A stretch of DNA of 63,997 nucleotides, filler included, from Blastocystis sp. subtype 4 (lineage: Eukaryota): NCBI RefSeq assembly GCF_000743755.1. It is 11 parts of 11 records of this genome, joined end to end, with 100 filler letters (N's around TTAATTAATTAA, not from the genome) between each part and the next. Parts side by side here need not be neighbours in the genome. Positions count along the whole stretch, not along the records: positions 23,075 to 28,704 come from NW_014569088.1; positions 28,805 to 34,340 come from NW_014569086.1; positions 34,441 to 40,655 come from NW_014569085.1; 8 more parts are not named here. One strand, 5' to 3'. How positions within the stretch are numbered: the first letter of the stretch is position 1; every line of letters begins with the position of its first letter. The notes beneath the pieces were generated by a model. It was not told the origin of the DNA and ran no database searches. It saw nothing but the letters and a program-made list of their open reading frames with translations. Below, one piece after another: positions 24,453 through 34,710 of the stretch. Both the position numbers and the translations under genes were made by a program.

Positions 24453-24551
24453 CCATCTCAGTGTAACACGAACATCCTTATTGTAAACATCAAAAACCAT
24501 TAATTCTATCCCTAATATTCGTTTGTAAAAAACGTGGAGCAAAAGAAAAAA

Positions 24552-24633
24552 CGACAACTGCAGGATTCGAACCTGCGCGGGCAAAGCCCAACAGATTTCT
24601 AGTCTGTCTCCTTAACCACTCGGACAAGTTGTC
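24552..24633 (-). tRNA. tRNA-Ser(AGA)
   Basis: GACAACT..AGTTGTC acceptor stem, ACAGA-CT AGA AA-TCTGT anticodon arm, long variable arm, GGTTCGAATCC T-loop, downstream T-run terminator. Confidence 0.95.
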
Positions 24634-24743
24634 TTGGAAAAGTGCTCTCTATTTAGTTAGATAAAGGTCTTAATTCCACTCTCTTTTACAAAAACAAACC
24701 ATTACAATCAAAACAATTACAGAAACTTCATAGCGCTAACACC

Positions 24744-26723
24744 TCAAAGCCGAAGCGACTTAAATATACGAGCTAACTTCCCCTTCTTCTTCGCCTCCAC
24801 TTTCTCTTCCTCAATTAATGAACCTCGATCCACCTGAGCAACAACAGGTGCATTCATGATGTACTCTGGAAGAATATAGTGCAAATAGTCGACATTGGGA
24901 CTCCTTTGCTCCCAACCAAGATAGACCATGGCGGCAGGAACCATGCGTGCAGAACGCAATTGGATATCTGGCTTCAGAATCACTTTAGGAGGAGCGTTAA
25001 AGAGATAAAATGGAAGTGTCCGGTACTGCTCCTGGAAGGCTGCTTGGACTACTGACATCACATCTCCGAGAGTCTCTCGAGGGGCAAAATACGCTTGAAT
25101 GATAGTCTGATCAGGAAGATGAACACGAATTGTGGTTCGCTTAAAGACACGCTGTTTCTCCAAAGCTTCTAATTCCCGCTTAGCCTTTGTTCGGAATTGT
25201 TTATTCTCTTCTAATCGTTTCTGTTTTCTACTAGCAATCTCGCGAATCAGTGATGCATCAGATTGTTCATCTTCCTCCACTTCTTCCTTCTCCTCTACAA
25301 TATCAGGCGTTTCATCACTAGCCTTCATCATATTCTTATAAGTGTTCTCTCCAAAGTTTCGTGGGTTAATACCAGTATCCACTTTAAACACACACAAACA
25401 TCGTTCTGGAATCACAGCTTCCATTGCAGCTTTCTTCTTCTGTAACTCTTCCAATCTTTGTTCCTGCTTCATTGTCACAGGCGGTAATTGGATCGAAGGA
25501 ATTACAATCGGTTTCGTAGGATCGAAGGATGGGTCTCTAGGCACTGTGACTGCTGGAGTTGTGTCTTTCGTCACGAACATCTCCTTCATCTTCATCAGTA
25601 GTGACACATCCAAAGCATCTGCTGTAAGAACCAATCGCTCACCTTTCTCTGTTTCTCGAACTGTGAATCCTTCTAATCAAGCTTAGGAACAAATCCTACC
25701 CATTAATGTGAGGAGTTCGATTCCACTCTCCAAACATCCGATTCGCTTCTGGAAGCTCAAACCCGTGTGATTGATTGTCCGTTTCGTTTCATTTTCTGGT
25801 TCGTTAATCTACTTCTTACCCCTCCCGCAATCTTTCACAATATTGGTAATGACTGTACATAGCAACTGAAGTGCCATATGGAACCCCTGCTCATCAAGCT
25901 TGTCTTTCATCACATTCAATTCCAGAGTCGCTTTCTCTAATCGTGTCGTCGCGTCTCTTTCAATTAGATTGATCACGTCTTGAGCAGGAAGCACAACTTG
26001 GGTACTAGAGGACGACTCTTGATCCAATTGGATCGGTTCTCCAATACTGTTGGATTGTGGCTGTGGAAGACTCGGAAGAGTGGATGTTACACTTTGTGTG
26101 AAACGGAAGACAACAGAGCAATCAATCCAACCACAGTCTGAGCATTAGTAACTCTATCTTCTCTTACCAACCAGTCGATATTGTAAATCCGAGTCCGTTA
26201 ATAGAGTACGAATATACCTAGATAAGAGTGAAAAAGTACATAACACAGTAATGATGGCTTATATCCCGGAGTAAGCGATATATGTTGATTTTCCATAACC
26301 TCGTTCACAATAGCTTGTAATGTCATAGTATTTGGATACGATCTCTAATTGTAAATACTCTTTCCATTTATTACATCAATTTTCATTTCTGCATACTGCA
26401 TAATAACTCTCACCAGTTTTACAGACCTAAAATCGTCTCGTAGCCGAAGTATGATTGCTCCAGTAGCAGGAATATTATAAGAAGAGATTTTGTACAGAAG
26501 ATCCAAAGACTTCCCATTATATTCTAGAGAATAATGTGACGAATTCTAGAAATCAGATTCCCACCTAGACAACACTTTTCTTCCAAAAACATCACATGCA
26601 GCGTTCCTTACAGTCATCTAGTCGTTATTCTGAAAATGCGTATCATACTACAAGAGAATCCGTTCTTACTCGTATGGAACGTCTTTCATCGTTGATTTTA
26701 ACCAGGTACTGAGTTTCTGTCAT
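24744..26723 (-). CDS. UBX-domain protein with N-terminal ubiquitin-like domains and a PUB-like domain (TUG/ASPSCR1-like), multi-exon
   Basis: TTIRVHLPDQTIIQAYFAPRETL...MVPAAMVY UBX motif; LLCTVITNIVKD...FQKRIG PUB-like segment; exons traceable to ATG 26723. Confidence 0.7.
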
Positions 26724-26814
26724 CTATTCTTAAAAAAGGTATTCGATTATGATTCCTAACAAACACAAAACGAATCCTATGCAATAGTTTTATCCGCCAA
26801 AGCCATGCAAAGAT

Positions 26815-27123
26815 TTATACACCAAAACTATACAAAGTCTTTTCCTGACTTCAAAGCATATACCACATCCATAGCCGTTACAGTCTTTCTCTTGGCATGT
26901 TCACAATAAGTAACGGCATCACGAACCATTCCATCCAGGAAGGCCCATAATACAGAACGGGTTTCGTCTAAATCAGGTCACTGATACGCTTCACACCTCC
27001 TCGATGAGCTAGACGACGAATAGCAGGCTTAGTGATACCAAGAATGTTATCACGCATCACTTGGTGATGCCTCTTAGCACCTTCCTTTCCAAGGTCCTTT
27101 CCTCTTTTACCACGTCCAATCAT
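26815..27123 (-). pseudogene. H4: Histone H4 pseudogene
   Basis: [51 protein letters not shown], then a 1-nt deletion creating TAG (26968-26970); the rest of H4 continues in another frame. Confidence 0.9.
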
Positions 27124-27318
27124 AATTATTGCTTAATTAAGTTATGATGAGCATTCCGTATGTGTTATTGAAAAATTGAATTCGGTAGCTGCCTAAATCG
27201 CTCATTTATTGGATAAAAACCGACTATGTCAAGAATCAACCAATAAAGACTCAGTATTCTATTTGCCTGATTCATCTCTTGTGTATCATTTGCTTAGATC
27301 ATATATATTTAGATTGAA

Positions 27319-27726
27319 ATGGCTCGTACCAAGCAAACTGCAAGAAAGAGCACTGGAGGAAAGGTTCCTCGTAAGCAACTGGCTACCAAGGCTGCTCGTA
27401 AGTCTTCTCCCGCCGCCGGAGCTGTGAAGAAACCCCATCGTTATAGACCTGGAACTGTGGCTCTTCGTGAAATCCGCAAATATCAGAAGAGTACCGAACT
27501 TTTGATCCGCAAACTTCCTTTCCAGCGTTTGGTCCGTGAAGTTGCTCAGGACTTCAAGAGCGATCTCCGTTTCCAGGGTTCTGCCGTGATGGCTCTCCAG
27601 GAGGCTGCTGAAGCTTATCTGGTCTCTCTGTTTGAGGATACGAATCTGTGCGCTATCCATTCCAAGCGTGTGACGATCATGCCTCGTGACATGCAACTCG
27701 CTCGTCGTATTCGTAACGAGAAGTAA
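27319..27726 (+). CDS. H3: Histone H3 (intronless, divergent from H4)
   Basis: [15 protein letters not shown]... full-length H3 fold. Confidence 0.98.
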   Translation: MARTKQTARKSTGGKVPRKQLATKAARKSSPAAGAVKKPHRYRPGTVALREIRKYQKSTELLIRKLPFQRLVREVAQDFKSDLRFQGSAVMALQEAAEAYLVSLFEDTNLCAIHSKRVTIMPRDMQLARRIRNEK

Positions 27727-27759
27727 ACTGAGAATTTCGTGAGGAAAAACTAGTTACCT

Positions 27760-27775
27760 GGTGTTATTGAATACC
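27760..27775 (+). promoter_or_regulatory. Histone mRNA 3' stem-loop-like hairpin
   Basis: GGTGTT-ATTG-AATACC, 6-bp stem (one G-U) and 4-nt loop, 33 nt after the H3 stop. Confidence 0.5.
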
Positions 27776-27805
27776 ATAACTACTTTTTTGTTCAATAAAC
27801 ACTAA

Positions 27806-28465
27806 AATCAATGTACTTTCGCAATTTGTTCTTTTCATTTACCATCATATGCATTCTCGACATCAGACTACTATTACGGAACACAACATGAAGCCCCATC
27901 ACTATTCCTTAACGAAGACAACCATACAAACAGAGTATGAACAAAAGATTCAGTCCCAAAAACTGAAGGAGATAACGACGGAAGATACAAAGAACAAAGA
28001 ATGTGAATCCCCCAAGGGCAACCAAAATACAGGAAGGAGTGACACAATATTCTCCGATCACAAAAGGATGAGGTACAAAGATGAAAGGAAGTCTACAACT
28101 CAAGAATAAGAGTCAAACCAACAGCCAGAGTAATACTAAACAGAAGTCGACAACAGCAAATACTGGAGCTCCAAATCTAGTCTTAATCTCAGGCACGTTC
28201 ACTTACCCTGCAATTAACAGCAGTAACACATAAAGAGCCAAATAGTCTGTTCGATAGTAAACGAAGTTGTTGCTGACTCGATCCTCTAATCGGGAACCAT
28301 CAGGAACGTTGAACTTCTCAAAACACTCTTTCAGAGGAATCTATTCCATAAACAACCGATCCAAACTCTACAAATTTGCCCCAACCCCATCCATTCACAG
28401 TTTGACAAATGGACAAGTACTCTACAAATGAGATACAAACTCTTTCATGCAGCACTTCGATCCAT
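27806..28465 (-). CDS. PRA1-family (prenylated Rab acceptor-like) membrane protein, multi-exon
   Basis: FNVP....DRVSNNFVYYRTDY and LHVVFR motifs with long hydrophobic segments; ends GAT T|TTAG|TGTTTATT. Confidence 0.7.
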
Positions 28466-28704
28466 TTCATTTTCAGGAATAATATTCTTAACCATTATAA
28501 TACACTCCTTGCGAAAGAAGGCTGATTCGGGAGGACGGGGATTTTCTCTTCTTTGCGACTCCAACAAACATCCTCAAACACAGATAGAATTAACCACTTT
28601 TATTAACAACACTCTCCATGCTCTCCGGCATTCCACGCTCATCATACACATTTCTCGACAAAGCCAGGAAATCACGATATGGAGCATTCTATCATTCATT
28701 CATT

Positions 28705-28804
28705 NNNNNNNNNNNNNNNNNNNNNNNNNNNNNNNNNNNNNNNNNNNNTTAATTAATTAANNNNNNNNNNNNNNNNNNNNNNNNNNNNNNNNNNNNNNNN
28801 NNNN
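28705..28804. other. Artificial contig spacer
   Basis: N/TTAATTAATTAA/N, 100 nt. Confidence 0.97.
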
Positions 28805-28890
28805 CTTATTGGCCTGAGGAATGGACCAATTCTGTGTCACCTTGGATGAAGTTGTTCCAGAATGCTAGAGAGTGGTGTATCAATCACTGA
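28805..28890 (+). CDS. PFAS: Phosphoribosylformylglycinamidine synthase, extreme 3' end
   Basis: YWPEEWTNSVSPWMKLFQNAREWCINH*, matching the SPW.(R/K).FQNAR.W C-terminal motif of PurL/FGAMS. Confidence 0.7.
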
Positions 28891-28972
28891 AGTTGATTAT
28901 GGTCTGTTTACGGACTTGTTTGTTGATTACTTCTTTCAAAGTCCTGATTTGAGACATGGAAACAAACACCTA

Positions 28973-30391
28973 ATTTCACCAGAGCAAACTTTCGATTCTT
29001 CTTGCCAACAGAAACAGGCAATAAGCATGAATCAATTAGATCTTTGTTAGTTACAATATATGTTGGTTGTGATATAACATGACCATTTAGTCGGACACCG
29101 CCTCCTTGTACTAATCGTTTTGCAGCTTCTATTCTTTACTCTCTTCCTTTCCTACATACTTTTGCTATCAGCAAAATTCAGAGTGACGAGATAATCCGTT
29201 ATCGATTTCCCACTCATCATTGTAGCATCAAGAACTTCCAGTGGCAATTCATCCATGATGTCACGAATCATGTCCTCTTTCAACTCCTCCTGAGTTCCAT
29301 ACAAAACATCAGCACAACGCTTTGCCTTTTGCAGATCTTCAGCAGAGCGAGTTGAGAGGAAAAGTTCCTCTAGGAGAACACAAATTTGGTTACACCTACC
29401 TGCAAGAATCTGCTGAGCTTCTCGCTTTTCTGGGTGTTTGGCATGTTCCATCATAATCTCGTCAATAGTTGCTTCTGGAAGGTCTGTTAGGACGCGAAGA
29501 AGTTGAACCACATCAGCATCTTCGACTCGAAGGAAGAATTGGTAATAGTCATTCTATACATCACAATAAAGGGGAATAAGCAACATTTGAAGTTCTTGAT
29601 TTGTTAATCCAAATTGCATTTCCTTCGCTCTTCCCAAACTTCTGACCATGCTTGTTTGTCAACAGCTGAACGGTTAAACCATGAACTGCTTGATTGGACA
29701 CTTGTTTCACATAATCAATTCCTGAAGTGATATTTCCCCACTGATCACTTCCTCCTATTTGACACATGCAACCATATTTCTGATTCAAATGAAAGTAGTC
29801 ATAAGACTGCATACACTGATACGAAAACTCCGCAAAGCTCATGCTATTCTCTGAATTGATACGCCTCTGGACACTATCTTTCATCAACATCGTTTGAACC
29901 CTCATATTCCTACAGATCATTTCCTCCTCCTAACTTTACTTTCCAACATCTCGAAGGAATTGAATCATACTCATATCTTTATACCAATCATAATTGTTCA
30001 CAAATATGAGGTTTTCATCCCCTGAACTTTCTAAGACTCGTTCTATATCCTTTCGAATCTCAGCAACATTCATTTGAACTGCTTCAAAACTCAGAACATC
30101 TCGTTCTTTGACTTTGAAACTTGGATCACCGATCAAAGCAGTTGCTCCACCAATCTAGAACATATTATGAGTTTCTCACATACATACAAGCGCAATAGAT
30201 CGTATTCCACTTTTGTAGAACTGTTTCAACACTCGACATGCAATTAGATGACCAATATGCAGCCCTTTGGCGGTAGGATCGACTCCAAGATAAATGGATT
30301 GTTGTGGAGTGATTAATTTCAACGCCTCCTCAATCAACTGTGATGACTGATATATAAGACCCCGATTCCTCAGGTAGTGAAATGCCTGCAT
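28973..30391 (-). CDS. YARS2: Bacterial-type (organellar) tyrosyl-tRNA synthetase, multi-exon; stop predicted to be completed by polyadenylation
   Basis: YLGVDPTAKGLHIGH, IGDPS, QIGGSDQWGNI, KFGKSEGNAIW and an S4-like end VGKKNRKFALVK, followed by T|TAGG|TGTTTGTT. Confidence 0.9.
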
Positions 30392-30464
30392 TAGCAAGTC
30401 AGAATTCAAACAAATAAGAGAAATAAAGAAACAAAAGAAATCAATTCCAGTACACTTAGTCTAT

Positions 30465-31570
30465 CTAGGCATTCTGTAACTGTTTAAAACGGTTCTTTAC
30501 TTGGTTTCCGGTGCGATTAATCATCTAAGTTTAATCTCCTCACCAGATTTTCTACCCGACCAATAGAAGACCATTTCGAACCTATCTCCCTATACTGTCT
30601 TAAAATCAACTCGTCATCTTCCTTGGTAAAGGCCCTGTAGATTCATTCTCATATCTCTTTCTTACGATTTGTTGACGTTCGGACTCAGTACCTCGTCCCA
30701 ATGAGCACGACATTTCTCACACTGGCGAGTTCGTACAAAGCGAGCCACCTGCTTCCAGTCAGTGATTCCGTCTGTATTTGTATACAATTTAACAGCTTCT
30801 CGTAGTCGTTCGTTCTCATCGTCTTTCCACTGTCCTTTCGTTTCGACATTTAAACACCGTCTCCATCGCTGTTGGCACTGATTAGCATTTCGACCAGGAA
30901 TAACTATGTATCACCTTCATTCTCTCCAGGTACATGCGGCAATGTTTTTCCAGTTGCAATCTCCTAATTGTTTTACAACTTCTGTTAATTTCATATCCTC
31001 TTCCTTTGTCCATTTCTGCGCTTTCTTCCGGGAATCACCATTGTGACGGTTAGGTGTTTTTCCCACAGAAACTGGAATTGAATACTGTTCTGACTGAGAT
31101 TTCCATGCAGACCCGCTAACTGAACTAGAGATACAATCTGACTTGGCTTCACTTAATACATAAGAAGATGTGAGCTCTGAAGACATAACACTGGATCCAC
31201 CGTCCAACCGGAGTTTTGTGGAGTCATTCGAGACTTGGATATCCTGGAACACCGGAGGTTCCCCCCCAGTCGATGAGGGTCCAAAATTAGGAGGGGTCTG
31301 CACCAGAGGAAGTGCAAAGGGCTGAGGTGGTGCCTGAGCTAGAGAAGAATTATAAGGCTGAGGAGATACTGTGAAGAAAGATTCATTCGTATTGTACATA
31401 CCAATCTCAGCTACAAATGAAATTGACAATATAAAATAACTCGAATAAGGTGATAATGAGTTTGATGAGAAATTAGACAATACTAACAATTGATTACTAC
31501 CATTGATAGGATGAGAGAAAGTTCCTTCATTCAATGAACTCATTTCATGGCTACCGTTAAGAGAGATCAT
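30465..31570 (-). CDS. Myb transcription factor with three C-terminal repeats; further 5' exons possible up to ~32458
   Basis: KWTKEED..WKNIA / PGRNANQCQQRW; GQWKDDEN..DWKQVA..RTRQ..CRAHW; FTKEDD..GSKWS..NRTGNQVKNRF. Confidence 0.8.
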
Positions 31571-32850
31571 ATCAGCTAGAATGAACCTTCATCACTAATC
31601 CTACGAATCAACTCGAAATTCATCTCTCCAAAAGATGGAGAATAAGAGGGAAACAATGAAAAATCCATCGGATAGTCTGAATTCTTGGATGTAAGAGAGA
31701 AAGATAATTACTGTACCTGTCTTACGAAATTATCACGCTTCATGGTTGGGTTCATTCCCTGAGGTGGATCAGGACGCTTGTAATCTGGTAGTACATTACT
31801 GCTAGTCATTCAATATCCAGATTTCTACGTTGTTTCGAAGCTATTAAATAAGATCCCCCTACTATCCATGGGAAACAGTTGAGAAGTACGGAAAAAACTA
31901 CCTGAAAGTCGCAAACTCATAGTTGGGTTGAATGTCTTTAACTTAGGACTCATTAGGTTAGAAATACACTTTGCCCACTAGAAGATGCACAACTAGAAGA
32001 CTCTTCCTTGGAGAACACATCTTGGTCTGAATATATACTTGCTACAGAGTTAAGAGAAAATAGGAAACAAACGTATTCTGTCACCTAACGATGTTAGAGA
32101 AAGTAAATTCTTACTAGATTGCCTCATTAAATCACCTTCTAAGCCTGATTGAGACAGTCCATTTGCATGGAAAGGATGCAAGTTTATTTTCCCTGTAGGA
32201 TCCATATCTAGATTATTACAGTAATAGGCAAATCGAAAACTTCCATCTAGTTCGTGCGATATATTCAATGTGTCATTTCCAAACATGTTCCCGGCTACAA
32301 AGGTCTAGGAGATCGAAACGAGGGGTTAAGATGCGAACACTGATGAAGTAGAGTGATCTCACAGAAGGATTGATATTCCGCGGTTTTTCATACTCTACAG
32401 AATGGTTTCCAATGTATGGTATGTAGTTGCAACGTTTATTCTTTTGCATCAGATGCAATAATAGGGACCTATATAATCCATAAAGGCTTGATTAAGCCGC
32501 TATAGTTGATAGAAATGTGAATCCATGATTATCAATATTCTGCGGATTGACCGTACATTTGTCATTCATTATTCTTAAGAAATGGAGATCTGATAAATTC
32601 CTTAATCGAATTGTTTCCTTATTTACAAACACAGCTTACGTCAAAGGCTTGATCACTCTCATATCAAAGAATCACCGAAGTCGTTCTTTATCCTTTTGTA
32701 TAACCATTCTTGTGATTCTTGGCTTTTATTGACACATGAGATTATTGTATCGACACACCATTGATTGGAGTTATCTGGGTAGGATAAATACCTTCTTCGA
32801 TAGCAAAGAATAAAAGTAATCCCCAGTTCTAATTAGATTCACAAAGACAT

Positions 32851-33192
32851 TTGTATCTCTGTGCCATTATCGATTTCTTTATGGTATTAATTATTAGTTG
32901 TGCTGCTGATGGTATATGGCCGATAACAAATCCAAATGAGACTGTGATCCTCCCATGTTCTGAAATGGGTAGGTATGTTGGAAATATGTATCGAACATGC
33001 ATTTCTGGAAATCAGGGAATAGAGTGGGGCCCAATTGATGATTCCCATTGTCATTCTCTAGGTCAACTGGTTTGCATTGTTTTAATCATTCTTTTATGCT
33101 GTGGATTGATCGTTTTTAGTATTCGACAGCATAGGAAACGAGGAACCAAAACTCTTCCCTCAAAGACTGTTGAAGATAGTAGTTTGCTATAG
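32851..33192 (+). CDS. Small type I membrane protein with a single Cys-rich module (5' end uncertain)
   Basis: CAADGIWP.T......PC......G..YRTC......WG......C followed by a TM helix and basic tail. Confidence 0.6.
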   Translation: MYLCAIIDFFMVLIISCAADGIWPITNPNETVILPCSEMGRYVGNMYRTCISGNQGIEWGPIDDSHCHSLGQLVCIVLIILLCCGLIVFSIRQHRKRGTKTLPSKTVEDSSLL

Positions 33193-33307
33193 TATTATAA
33201 ATCTGATGTTTCTTGAATTGAAATCAAGTACTGGTGAGGATTTGAAAACCCCGAGCATTTTACCATGTTTCCAATTGAAGTTTTGTAAAATTGTTATATT
33301 CTATATA

Positions 33308-34093
33308 ATGTCAACAGATCGAGGAGCTCCAGTGAAACACGACGTGACTCTTCAAAAGTCGGATGATGGAGAGTTTCCTATTCTCTGTGAAACATGTCTT
33401 GGAGATAATCCGTATGTGCGTATGATTCGAATACCGTATGGAAGGGGGTGCAAAAGCTGTGGTAGACCGTTTACAAACTTTCGTTGGAAGGCCGGGTCTG
33501 AAGGCAGATATAAATCAACCCAGGTGTGTCAGATGTGTGCAAAAACAAAGAATGTTTGTCAATGTTGTGTACTAGATTTGACATATGGTCTCCCTGTGCA
33601 AGTTCGAGACACATTCCTCGCTCAGCAGCAAGTGTTAACTGTTCCCAAAGAAGATGTGAACAGGGCCGTGTATATGCAAGAAATGGAAAAAAAGGTAATA
33701 GTATCTTTTAATTATTAGTTGTAGGCGGCTGCTGGTGAACTTCCATATGGTAAAGCACAAACAAATGCCCAGTTGGTTCGTTTAGCAAGAAAGAAACCAT
33801 TCTATCAGCGAAATCTTCCTCAGTTGTGTTCGTTTTATGCTCGTGGTTGTTGTACTCGTGGTGCCAGTTGCCCTTATCGGTATAGTTGTGTTGGAGTGTT
33901 CATTTGTAGACATGAGAAACCCCATGATGTAGATGACCCATTGAACAAACAGAACATTAAAGATCGAATTGATGGACGAAATGATCCTGTAGCTGCTAAG
34001 ATTTTGGAGAGAGTGAAGCAGCAGCAACTCGACTATGAACGGGAAAAGAAAGAGGAAGAATCCGATTCTTCCAATGATTCTGCTGAAGATTAG
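33308..34093 (+). CDS. RBM22: Pre-mRNA splicing factor RBM22/Slt11/Ecm2 (zinc-binding plus CCCH region; no RRM seen)
   Basis: [77 protein letters not shown]. Confidence 0.9.
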
Positions 34094-34340
34094 CTTTGGG
34101 TTTGTTTGTTTGAGACATAGAAGTAGAGTTGATAGTCTATTTCGTTCGATTGTTCTGAACTGACTTAGGAGCGGGAAATTTGCATTTATTGCGGACTGAT
34201 GACCATCTCTTTATTCGATCGGTTAGAGATAATAGTATTGAGAATGCTTGGATTATTCACTTTTGTTGGTACTTTGGTTGATCTAGTAACTCCTAGGTTG
34301 CTGTGATTAGTCTAGTGTCTGCTCATGATTTGGAGTTGAC

Positions 34341-34440
34341 NNNNNNNNNNNNNNNNNNNNNNNNNNNNNNNNNNNNNNNNNNNNTTAATTAATTAANNNN
34401 NNNNNNNNNNNNNNNNNNNNNNNNNNNNNNNNNNNNNNNN
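34341..34440. other. Artificial contig spacer
   Basis: N/TTAATTAATTAA/N, 100 nt. Confidence 0.97.
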
Positions 34441-34441
34441 G

Positions 34442-34618
34442 GAGATTGGTACACAAATTGAGATGCATACCATCTGTGGTCTCGCTGATGCTGCTATCTG
34501 GCCTATTGAAGGTTTGATGCGTTCGTGGAAGAAGGAGATCCTGGAGAGATCTAAGCATCCTGAGAACTATCATCCCGAAGACTATTTCCAGAAGGCCTGG
34601 AGTGGAATGAAATTGTAA
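34442..34618 (+). CDS. NDUFV1: Complex I 51-kDa flavoprotein subunit, 3' end
   Basis: [23 protein letters not shown] matches the [22 protein letters not shown] motif of NuoF/NDUFV1. Confidence 0.85.
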   Translation, partial: EIGTQIEMHTICGLADAAIWPIEGLMRSWKKEILERSKHPENYHPEDYFQKAWSGMKL

Positions 34619-34710
34619 TTACATTTATCGCTTTGGATTGTTTGTTAAGAGAATATGATTGAATTCCATTCAATGTATTGATGAACAAATACATCACAAG
34701 ACAATACACA

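Noticed and set aside
27319..27726. H3 substitutions ([16 protein letters not shown] end) as a novel variant or pseudogene
   Set aside because: The frame is intact and the key lysines are kept; the changes could be ordinary lineage divergence, which cannot be judged without the other H3 copies.
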